This document shows, in pieces, positions 19,772 to 28,436 of a stretch of DNA of 64,000 nucleotides (position 1 is the stretch's first letter; every line of letters starts with the position of its first letter). The notes under the pieces are model-generated. The model did not search any database, was not told the DNA's origin, and saw nothing but the letters and a program-made list of their open reading frames with translations. Origin of the DNA: an uncultured Deferribacteres bacterium (GTDB lineage: Bacteria > Zhuqueibacterota > Zhuqueibacteria > Zhuqueibacterales > Geothermadaptataceae); the NCBI GenBank assembly GCA_964014485.1, contig CAXHAT010000001.1, positions 66,946 through 130,945 of the forward strand. Direction: 5' to 3'. Both the position numbers and the translations under genes were made by a program.

Positions 19772-19885
19772 CCACATTCGCATGGATGCGAATGCGTCAT
19801 ACACTCCCACACCCACTCTTGTTTGCCGGAATTCCCCGCCGGCAAAAAGAAAAACCCGACCTGCAACTTGCAGCTCGGGTTTTTT
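19772..19885 (+). ncRNA. Candidate small RNA with GGA-loop hairpin
   Basis: Lies between the sigma54-like promoter and an intrinsic terminator; three hairpins; no credible ORF. Confidence 0.45.
19850..19885. terminator. Bidirectional intrinsic terminator
   Basis: aaaaacccga-cctgcaacttgcagc-tcgggtttttt. Confidence 0.75.
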
Positions 19886-19925
19886 ATTCTAAATCTGAAT
19901 GATCTTTATTTTCTGCCGGTAGCAG

Positions 19926-22784
19926 TCATTCAACCGGAAACACGACTATTTTCTTCGCCAGGAAAACGCCTTGAATATTCAAACGGTAAAAATAAACGCC
20001 AGGTGCGGCCAGGTTGCCGTTCGTATTCCGTCCTCGCCAAACCACATTATGAATTCCCGCGACTAGATTTTTCTCAGAGTAAATCGAGGCCACCCGTTGT
20101 CCGAGAATATTGAAAATATCTAAAGAAACCGTAGCGCTATTTTTAAGCGAAAATCGAATCGTGGCGCCTTTCTCGAAAAGAGCCTTCTGAGCAATCGGAT
20201 TTGGAAAACTTTGCGATAGTTCAAATTTTGCCGGAACGCTTGTTTCAAAACTTCGGGATGAAATATCTGTCGGCGTTTTAGCGCTCAAAATTCTTAAACG
20301 TCTTACAATTACTTTCCCTGATCTTAAATCGACAACGCCTTCAACTTGCGAGCCGTCAGTCAATTCATCGACTGAACCCGGCAGCCCATGTTCATCGAGA
20401 ACCAGAACGTTCGGCTCCCAGTCAAAAGATTCGGGGCCGATTTCAAAGTGCAAGTCGTCGATTCTCTTGTAAGCGCCGGCGATTATTTTTCTATCCAACG
20501 CCCATATTGTATCTGCAAACGCAAAGCCTTGTAATCCAATCCCCACGACTTCTACAACCTCATTCTCGCGAAGATTTGAAGGTGCGGCTGTTGAACCGTC
20601 CGCATTTATGACGATTACCGAAGGCTCAAAACTGATGACTGTTTTGTTTATCGCGAGCTCAGTTTCGTTGATTGAAAGGATCGCCCCGGTTGTGCGAACT
20701 TCTCTTGCCGAGGATGAAGTTTTCTCAATAACCCACGCAAAACCAGGCCCGTTCTTTATGGCAATCGCCTGAATGCGTACAGCAGTGTTTACCGAAAAAT
20801 GTGAGTTAAATTCTTCATAAACTATACTGTCGCCCCGTTCATCTCGCAAGAGAGCCATTGGCGTGATCAAAATTCTTTCCCCTAATACGCTAACCGTGTC
20901 AGCGTTTACTGCGTCAATCCGGCCTTCAAGGAAAAGAGCGTCGTCGACCTCTCCTACTATCTGAACAACCTCGGCAATGTATTTCGTTTCGTCAAATTCG
21001 CTCTGATTTGCGGTCACTTCAACTATCGAGCTGTCTGTGATGCTTGCAATGCTCGTTTCCTCGTTGTTTTCGTCCAGAAAAACGGTCGATGCATCGATTT
21101 GAACTTCCACTCCGCCGGCAACGATAACGCTGTCCTCAACAACATTGACAAAACTTTGAACCGCAACCTGATCAATTCGCAAACCTGTGACTCGCACATT
21201 AAGCGCATTAAACTCATTTGGCCCCAGAGGCAATGCGGTTACTTCTACTAAATCGGAATCTTCAAGGTCAGAAAAGAAAATGGGTAGCAGCTGCCGGTTT
21301 TGAATTATCGTCAGGTCATTTATTTGAAACTTGTTGTCGTCAATATTGAAAGCGTTCTCAGCAATCAATGAGATTTCACCGGCAATCGTAACCGCTTCTA
21401 CATCTGCGTCTTCTACAAAAATTTTTCGGGTTTCAAGCACGCCCTTTGTTGTCTCGCCGTAGAGAGCTGTAACTATTTGTCCGACCATCAAATCATCATG
21501 CGACAGAAATTCCGGTTCTTCTTCAGAATTCAGCACGATGGTGCGTTCGGTCAACTCAAACTCCACCGTCTCAACGCCGATCTTCTTTTCGGATACAAAG
21601 GACAAATCGCCTTGAACAGTAAGATACGCGCTTGAATCGTTTATCCGGCTAACCTCGGACATGAGCAAAACATCACCTTCGCGAGCAGTTGCTTTCATTC
21701 GAATGTGTTCGCCAAGTCGCAGTTCGCTAAAGTCGATTTTTTTTGAATCGAATCCGTAGATCTGGTTTTTTCGGGTTTTCGGAATTTCGTATAGCGTTGA
21801 AACGACTTCCAGTGTGTCGGGCAACTCGCCGTCTAATGAAATTATGCGATTTATGAAGCCTTCCACCGTGACGTCTTGATTTACAAATTCGCGACTAACG
21901 ATGCGCAGACCTTTGACGTATTTGAAGCCAGTGGCCACCGAAACGGTTGAAATTTTGACCTGCATCCCCGGTTTAAATTCGGAAAGCGGGATGGTTTCTT
22001 CACTCTCATCTTGTACTGCGGTAAACGGCAGAATGCAAAATCTCGAGCCCGTCGCGAAAATTGTTGAGTCATCGATCGCGTCAAGGGTCGTGGTCAAGGT
22101 TAAAGTTTGTTCATCATCCGGACGTCCAACAATGAGAATGCGTCTTGCAAAGATTGTATCGCTATCGAATTTTTCGCCTGCAATTTCGACTTTTTGTCCG
22201 ACTTCAAGTTCGCCGACGTCCAAAAATTCGCCAAATTCTTCGACAATGGTCGAATCATCGATTTCAAAAACGACTTTTTCTCCGACAACAATCGACTTGC
22301 TTAAAAAAGCAGTGATGATTCCAGTGACTGCAAGGTCGCCTTGAATCTCAGCATTGGCAGCAACTCTGACGTCCGCTTTTGAGCTGAACTTAACTTTTCG
22401 ATCGTCTTCGATGTCCGCTCTGAATCTCCACGAGGTGAAGCCTCGCTCTAATTTCTCAAGCGGCAGCGCGAGTGTAAAGACGCCGTTAAAATGATTAACA
22501 AACTCGCCTTCTATGGTCGTTGAGCGTTTATCGCCGATTTTTGAGCTGATTGACCATGCGTTTTCGTCGATGTCCGTAAAGTCAACTTGCGGAAAAATGA
22601 CGCGAGCAAAAAGCGTATCGGAAAACGCAAAGGACTCATCGAATGTGGAAAAATCCGCGCTGCGAGAAAGCTCTAACGTTTGGCCGTGAAGGAGCGCAGG
22701 AAATAAGATGAACAAGCCCAACCCAACAGCCAGTAAGCGTCTTTTTGTGGAGTTTTTGAATATATGAAGGTTTTCTATTTTCAT
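19926..22784 (-). CDS. Secreted protein with about nine DUF5666-like repeats and C-terminal FlgD-Ig/T9SS-type sorting domain
   Basis: Signal peptide; repeated ~72-aa units (x-G-x-I...T-x-I...L-x-x-G-x-x-V-E-V); FELSQSFPN...IFNILGQRV...WRGRN...GVYFYRL. Confidence 0.8.
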   Translation of the reverse strand: MKIENLHIFKNSTKRRLLAVGLGLFILFPALLHGQTLELSRSADFSTFDESFAFSDTLFARVIFPQVDFTDIDENAWSISSKIGDKRSTTIEGEFVNHFNGVFTLALPLEKLERGFTSWRFRADIEDDRKVKFSSKADVRVAANAEIQGDLAVTGIITAFLSKSIVVGEKVVFEIDDSTIVEEFGEFLDVGELEVGQKVEIAGEKFDSDTIFARRILIVGRPDDEQTLTLTTTLDAIDDSTIFATGSRFCILPFTAVQDESEETIPLSEFKPGMQVKISTVSVATGFKYVKGLRIVSREFVNQDVTVEGFINRIISLDGELPDTLEVVSTLYEIPKTRKNQIYGFDSKKIDFSELRLGEHIRMKATAREGDVLLMSEVSRINDSSAYLTVQGDLSFVSEKKIGVETVEFELTERTIVLNSEEEPEFLSHDDLMVGQIVTALYGETTKGVLETRKIFVEDADVEAVTIAGEISLIAENAFNIDDNKFQINDLTIIQNRQLLPIFFSDLEDSDLVEVTALPLGPNEFNALNVRVTGLRIDQVAVQSFVNVVEDSVIVAGGVEVQIDASTVFLDENNEETSIASITDSSIVEVTANQSEFDETKYIAEVVQIVGEVDDALFLEGRIDAVNADTVSVLGERILITPMALLRDERGDSIVYEEFNSHFSVNTAVRIQAIAIKNGPGFAWVIEKTSSSAREVRTTGAILSINETELAINKTVISFEPSVIVINADGSTAAPSNLRENEVVEVVGIGLQGFAFADTIWALDRKIIAGAYKRIDDLHFEIGPESFDWEPNVLVLDEHGLPGSVDELTDGSQVEGVVDLRSGKVIVRRLRILSAKTPTDISSRSFETSVPAKFELSQSFPNPIAQKALFEKGATIRFSLKNSATVSLDIFNILGQRVASIYSEKNLVAGIHNVVWRGRNTNGNLAAPGVYFYRLNIQGVFLAKKIVVFPVE

Positions 22785-23034
22785 ATTTTTAAACAAAAAT
22801 GCAGAGAGGCCATCGTTCGAAAAACAACTTCAGCTTCCTGCATGTTTAGAGTAATTTATCGGAAAAATCAACGAGTGACAATGGAGGCGCTTCGTTTTTC
22901 ACGGAGTCTAAAATTTTCTCAACGGCTTGGCGTATCTCCAGTGGACGAAACTTCAACAAATCGACGATTTAGCCCAATAACGCTTCATGTTACCAATTAT
23001 ACGTTTGTTTCGGCAATGCGTCAACAATGAATCG

Positions 23035-23049
23035 TCAACTACTGTGCCA
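23035..23049 (-). promoter_or_regulatory. Putative sigma54 promoter for the DUF5666 gene
   Basis: Minus strand reads TGGCACA-GTAG-TTGA. Confidence 0.6.
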
Positions 23050-23122
23050 ATTGAAGCTTTGGGTAAAGCAAACTTCGTCAAAAGAGTCTTTGTGACGTTC
23101 TATTAATTTTTGTATAATCGGC

Positions 23123-23171
23123 TGTGCATTATATGCGCATAAATTTTCGAGAATTGCGTAATTTTTGCACA
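23123..23171. promoter_or_regulatory. Tandem enhancer (UAS) sites for a sigma54 activator
   Basis: TGTGCA-N5-TGCGCA (23123-23139) and TGCGTA-N5-TGCACA (23155-23171), centres 32 bp apart. Confidence 0.6.
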
Positions 23172-23199
23172 AAACCGGCTTTTAGCGTGCGTTCTGAAA

Positions 23200-24264
23200 A
23201 TGAACATTAGAAAATACTCTTACCAATACTTTCAAGGCTTTTTCCGTGTTGTGTTTTGCTCCGCTATGCTTCTGATGTTAATGCAATGCACGGAGGATGC
23301 GCCTCGCGACAATCCACTGGACCCGCTTTCAGCGATCTATCGGCCGATCAATGCAATTATTGGCAAATGCACAACAGTCTATTCCGCCGCTCAAATTGTT
23401 CCAGGCGTTGAGATTGACCTTTTCCCGTTTTCATCTCAGACAGTTGCGGACACAAGCCTCGGATTTGAAACGACGACCAACGATGATGGAGAATTTGTTT
23501 TTGAAAGACTTGCTCCCGGCAAATACCTTTTGCGGTTTCGAAAAGAGGGCTTCGCTGAAGAAAAATTAGAAGCAACGCTTGACGCCGGGAAGGTATTTTC
23601 TGTTGACGTTGGACTTGACCAACTTCCCGTGATAGATTCTCTGCGGCTTTCAACAGTATTCTCAGAGCTGAACGACGCCGGACAAACCAACACCAATCTT
23701 GAAACGTTTTTTGGCGTTTCCGACCCGGACCGAACGCTGGATATAGAAAATTTGACTCTGACCATCCCAGACCACTCAATCTCAAAGGACTTGACCCCGG
23801 GACGAGATCGCGATAAGTGGGAAACCGTTATCCCGCTGGACTCAACATCGCTCGCAGGGAAAACGGAAAAACTTCTCGGAGCGCCGATTTTCATCGACAT
23901 TGAAACGGAGACAAATTCAAAAAGGCGGTCAACCAGGTACGGGCCGTTTTTCATTACGCGCTTCGTCAGACATGAAGTTCAAATTATTTCACCCCGCGAC
24001 AATATCACCGTCGGCCAAAGGCCGACTTTTTTATGGCCGGAACCTCATTTTCCTTTCAGCTACAAAACGGCCATCGATGCAAAACGCATCATTTCATTTG
24101 ATACGTTCGAAGAATTTCTATTTGAAAACATCCAGGACACGACGCTGACGCCTTTTGTGAACCTTACAGTCGGCGATTATTTTTGGGTGTTGGAATTTGA
24201 AGATGAATTTGGAAACAAGAGCCGAACGAAACCGGCGACTTTCAAAATAAGGGCGAACGAATGA
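23200..24264 (+). CDS. Lipoprotein with carboxypeptidase-regulatory-like domain
   Basis: LMQC lipobox-like, [37 protein letters not shown]. Confidence 0.75.
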   Translation: MNIRKYSYQYFQGFFRVVFCSAMLLMLMQCTEDAPRDNPLDPLSAIYRPINAIIGKCTTVYSAAQIVPGVEIDLFPFSSQTVADTSLGFETTTNDDGEFVFERLAPGKYLLRFRKEGFAEEKLEATLDAGKVFSVDVGLDQLPVIDSLRLSTVFSELNDAGQTNTNLETFFGVSDPDRTLDIENLTLTIPDHSISKDLTPGRDRDKWETVIPLDSTSLAGKTEKLLGAPIFIDIETETNSKRRSTRYGPFFITRFVRHEVQIISPRDNITVGQRPTFLWPEPHFPFSYKTAIDAKRIISFDTFEEFLFENIQDTTLTPFVNLTVGDYFWVLEFEDEFGNKSRTKPATFKIRANE

Positions 24265-25739
24265 GCAACCAATTTATCGAAGATCCTCTCAAGGCGCTCT
24301 CGGATATTAGCGAGACCATCAACACGATTCACAACATCGATGATTTGCTCAAAAAGCTTCTTGACACGGCGTTAAAGACGGTCAACGCACAGCGGGGGAT
24401 GGTGCTGCTTTATGACAAGGATGAACCAGGTAAGCTTAACGTCAAAATTTCTTACAACATTGACGCGGATTCAAAACAGCCGCTCGACCAATTTTCACAA
24501 AGTATTGTTGATGCAGCGACAGATTCAGGGCAGACCGTCATTTCGTACAATGTTCTGGAAGACGAGCGCTTTAGTACGGCGCAAAGTCTTGCGAGACAAA
24601 GAATAGTTGCGGCCGCCGGTCTCCCGCTTCGGATAAAATCAAAGCCTATCGGTGTAATTTACATCGACAGCTCAGAATCACGCGGCCAATTTCGCCCGGA
24701 AATGGAGCCGTTTCTCACAGCTTTTGCGCATCAAGCGGCAATCGCTTTGGAAAATGCGCAGATGTACGACCGCCTCAACACGGAAAATACACGTCTGCGA
24801 AAAAACCTTCAGGAAAAAAACGCCATCTCAGGCATGATCGGACGCAGCCCGGCGATGGAGGGCGTCATCGATCTTATCACAAGCATTGCTGATACGGATG
24901 CAACAGTGCTGCTGCTTGGCGAAAGCGGCACAGGAAAAGAAGTTGCGGCAAGGGCGCTTCATTACAACAGCATGAGAAAAGAAAAGCCTTTCATCGCCTG
25001 CTTCTGCGGCTCGCTGCCCGAAGCATTGCTTGAGAGCGAACTGTTCGGGCATAAAAGAGGCGCTTTTACCGGCGCGACCCACGACAAGAAAGGGCTGTTC
25101 GAAGAGGCCGAAGGCGGCACTTTTTTTCTGGACGAAATTGGCGACATTAGCCAACGCGTTCAAGTGCAGCTACTGCGCGTTTTACAAGAGCGCGAAGTCA
25201 AACCGATTGGCGAAAACCGCTCGAAAAAAGTCAACGTTCGCATCGTTGCCGCCACGAACAAAGACCTCAAAAAAGAAGTTGAAGAGGGCACGTTTCGGGA
25301 AGACCTTTATTATCGTCTCAACGTGATCACGATCAAAATGCCGCCGTTGCGCGCCAGGGGCAACGACGTTGTTCTCCTCGCGCAATATTTTCTGACCAAC
25401 TTCACGCAAAAATTTAATAAAAAATTGTCCGGCTTTTCAGAAGACGGCGTCGAAGCGGTTCGCGGCTACGCCTGGCCGGGAAACGTGAGAGAATTGGAAA
25501 ATTGCATCGAGCGCGCCGTGTTGCTTGCAAAAAGCGAATTCATCACAGCGAAAGACCTCCAAATTCAACCGGGCAACCCGCAACCGATTCTGCCGTCCGG
25601 CTTATCGATGAAAGACTATCAAAAACATATTGTTGAGCAAGCATTGGCCGACCACCAAAGCAATATCAGCGAAACGGCCAGCGCCCTAGGCGTTTCGCGC
25701 CGATGGCTGCATTATCGCATCAAGGAATGGGGATTATGA
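24261..25739 (+). CDS. GAF-domain sigma54-dependent transcriptional activator (bEBP) with Fis-type HTH
   Basis: [43 protein letters not shown]. Confidence 0.95.
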   Translation: MSNQFIEDPLKALSDISETINTIHNIDDLLKKLLDTALKTVNAQRGMVLLYDKDEPGKLNVKISYNIDADSKQPLDQFSQSIVDAATDSGQTVISYNVLEDERFSTAQSLARQRIVAAAGLPLRIKSKPIGVIYIDSSESRGQFRPEMEPFLTAFAHQAAIALENAQMYDRLNTENTRLRKNLQEKNAISGMIGRSPAMEGVIDLITSIADTDATVLLLGESGTGKEVAARALHYNSMRKEKPFIACFCGSLPEALLESELFGHKRGAFTGATHDKKGLFEEAEGGTFFLDEIGDISQRVQVQLLRVLQEREVKPIGENRSKKVNVRIVAATNKDLKKEVEEGTFREDLYYRLNVITIKMPPLRARGNDVVLLAQYFLTNFTQKFNKKLSGFSEDGVEAVRGYAWPGNVRELENCIERAVLLAKSEFITAKDLQIQPGNPQPILPSGLSMKDYQKHIVEQALADHQSNISETASALGVSRRWLHYRIKEWGL

Positions 25740-27466
25740 AAAAGGTTGGACGATACCATGTCGTCGCGGAATTAAAGCGAAATATCCAGACGACGACGTG
25801 TCGCGGATATGATCCGCACGAAGAAAAGTTCGTTCTGCTCAAAGTTTCTAACTTTCCCGCCGTTGAACAGGATCGAGACGAACTAGACAGAATGCGCACC
25901 GAAGCGGAGATGTATCGCCAACTCCGCCATCCAAACATCGCGCGTTTTAATGAAGCGGGCGTTGAAAAAGTTTACCCTTACCTGGCGATAGAATTTATCG
26001 ACGGCGCCGACCTTCGAACGCTCGTTAACGCCGCCGACCGCTTTCCTCTCGACATTGCGATCTTCTTCATCTACGATCTGCTGTCCGGCTTAGACTATTT
26101 GCATCGTCAGAAGATTGTACATCGCGATTTGAAGCCTGAGAACATTATGATCGACGCCGGCGGGCTGGTTAAAATTTGCGATTTCGATCTGGCGCTTGAT
26201 CTTTCAGAAACGCAGGAAATTGAAGCGGAAATATCCGGATCAGTGGGGTACTTGGCGCCTGAAACGATTCTTGGAGACAAATCTTCTTTTAGCAGCGACT
26301 TATTTTCGCTCGGCGTCATCGCCTACGAAATTCTCAGCGGTTCACGCCCGTTTCAAAGCGATTCAATTTCAAACGAAACGCAAGCCACGATTCACCGTGC
26401 GGCGATACCGCTGACGCAGCTCAATCCCTCGGTGCCGACGAGGTTGGCCGGGTTCGTAGAATTATTACTCACCAAGGAAGCCGCCGGAAGACCTCAAACA
26501 GCGGGCGAAGCGCTCTCCGTGCTGAAAAACATGTGCAACCTGCCGCCCGAATCCGAATATCGGTCTGCAATGACGACGTTCGTCAGCGCACCAAAAGAAT
26601 ATGCCAGCGCGTTTACAAAACAATTGGTCGAAACGCTGACCGACATGCCTGCCTTCGATTTTAAAGCACGAAAAACGCCTGCGTGGCTGGCCCTGTCCAT
26701 TTTTGCCGTTTTGTTTACCCTCGCACTTCTGGCAGTCCGGGAATTCTTTATATCGCCTGACCCAAATCCTGAAAAAATTACTGTGATAGACGGTCCGCCT
26801 CAATTGCGTTCAAATTCGTCAACAAATGACGCCCAGCCCAGCGAAAAAACGCCGAACCAGAATATTGCGCAGCCTCCGTCTCAAGATAATGAAGCACAAA
26901 ATCGAGAAGAGTCAAACTCAGAACCGAAAAATCCAATCGAAGAGACGGAAGACCCCGCCGTCGTGCGTTCCGTTGAGCAACCCAACCCGCCGCCGGTTGA
27001 GAAAAAGGCGTTTTTGGGAAAGGAAGTGTTTTTTGCAACCAGACCATGGTCGTTCATTTCAATTGACGGAGATTCCGCAGGCGTTCTGGAAAACTCAGGA
27101 ACGTTTTTTCTGGAAAGAGGGACGCGGAAAGTTACATTCCAAAACCCCCAAATGCCGATCGTGGATTTCAACGTTGAGGTTGGCGAGGAAAGCCCGGATA
27201 CATTGCAGTACAACCTTTTCAATTATATCGGCGAGTTAGCGCTCATCATCAGCCCGTACGCTGAAAACGTCAAAATCAATGGCGAGTCCATCGAAGGCTA
27301 CAGCAATAGAAAACCCATTTGGCTTCGTCCCGGCGAGCATGATCTCGAAATCGTGAACACCGCTGCGCGATCCGAGAATTTTTCCACGATTATTTCACTA
27401 AGAGCCGGACAAAAACGGACTTTTCTGATTAACCTGTTCGTGCCGACCATACAGGAGCAGCATTAG
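25736..27466 (+). CDS. Membrane Ser/Thr protein kinase with extracytoplasmic PEGA-like domains
   Basis: [32 protein letters not shown], one TM helix; ATGA overlap with the bEBP gene. Confidence 0.88.
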   Translation: MKKVGRYHVVAELKRNIQTTTCRGYDPHEEKFVLLKVSNFPAVEQDRDELDRMRTEAEMYRQLRHPNIARFNEAGVEKVYPYLAIEFIDGADLRTLVNAADRFPLDIAIFFIYDLLSGLDYLHRQKIVHRDLKPENIMIDAGGLVKICDFDLALDLSETQEIEAEISGSVGYLAPETILGDKSSFSSDLFSLGVIAYEILSGSRPFQSDSISNETQATIHRAAIPLTQLNPSVPTRLAGFVELLLTKEAAGRPQTAGEALSVLKNMCNLPPESEYRSAMTTFVSAPKEYASAFTKQLVETLTDMPAFDFKARKTPAWLALSIFAVLFTLALLAVREFFISPDPNPEKITVIDGPPQLRSNSSTNDAQPSEKTPNQNIAQPPSQDNEAQNREESNSEPKNPIEETEDPAVVRSVEQPNPPPVEKKAFLGKEVFFATRPWSFISIDGDSAGVLENSGTFFLERGTRKVTFQNPQMPIVDFNVEVGEESPDTLQYNLFNYIGELALIISPYAENVKINGESIEGYSNRKPIWLRPGEHDLEIVNTAARSENFSTIISLRAGQKRTFLINLFVPTIQEQH

Positions 27467-27474
27467 CGCTCAAA

Positions 27475-28410
27475 ATGATGAAAAAGTCATTCATAAAAAT
27501 TTGGCTTGGCGAAAAGAATATCCAAATAAATCGCCGCATTCTGACTTCTTTTTCATGTCGACCACGTGCTCTTTTTTATTCGAGTCGTGTTTTTTTTATG
27601 TATGCGATTTTGTGTTTGTGCCTGGCAAATTCAAAGGAAGTCTCGAGTCAAACAACTCCGGAAAACATCGTCGCAAGAATTTACCAAACAATTCGAGCAG
27701 GCGATTTTGTTTCAGCAAAAGGGATGGCAGATTCCGCCTTGGCTGATTTTCAAAAACTTGCGCCCGCGCAGCTCGCCGCACTGCATGCAACGCGCGCCCT
27801 GTTGCACGATTTTTCAGGAAATAATCAAGGTGCGGTAAACGAACTGACCCTGGCTGCTCAACTCAATCCTTTTCTCGAACTCGACCCGCTATTTTATTCG
27901 CCGGGACTACGTGCACAGTTTGGGGAATTGAGTAAAAAGTTTCAATCGCAGACAGAAAACGCGAAAGACGATCTTCCGCCTGGTAAGGGAGAGATTCGGT
28001 ATATTTCAGTGCCGGACCCGCGAATCAGTGCGGCTTGGCGCTCGCTTTTTATTCCGGGTTGGGGGCAGTTTCATAAGCAGCAAAAAAAGCGCGGGTACAT
28101 TTTGGGCGGCTTAACGATATTATCCGCCGCCGTAGCGGTCAGCAGTTATTCTTGGGAACAATCGGCGCACGACAAATATCTCGTCGCGGTAGACCCCCTG
28201 GAAATTGAAGCAAAATATGAAGACTATGACCGTTTCTATCGCCTGCGCCGAACGTTTACGGCGACAACAGCACTTCTTTGGAGCATCAATTTTTTGGACG
28301 CCGTTTTTACGCCAAAATCACGCTCAAAATCTATTGCTTTCCACCCTACATCTTCCTCAGCCATTGCATTCGCGGACGGCTTTCGTGCAAGTCTGCAAAT
28401 TCAATTTTAA
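27475..28410 (+). CDS. TPR-like / DUF5683-like membrane-associated protein
   Basis: Helical N-terminal region, AAWRSLFIPGWGQF motif, terminal Phe (LQIQF); true start may be further downstream. Confidence 0.7.
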   Translation: MMKKSFIKIWLGEKNIQINRRILTSFSCRPRALFYSSRVFFMYAILCLCLANSKEVSSQTTPENIVARIYQTIRAGDFVSAKGMADSALADFQKLAPAQLAALHATRALLHDFSGNNQGAVNELTLAAQLNPFLELDPLFYSPGLRAQFGELSKKFQSQTENAKDDLPPGKGEIRYISVPDPRISAAWRSLFIPGWGQFHKQQKKRGYILGGLTILSAAVAVSSYSWEQSAHDKYLVAVDPLEIEAKYEDYDRFYRLRRTFTATTALLWSINFLDAVFTPKSRSKSIAFHPTSSSAIAFADGFRASLQIQF

Positions 28411-28436
28411 ATCAATCCGTTCATGACTAGTCGAGT

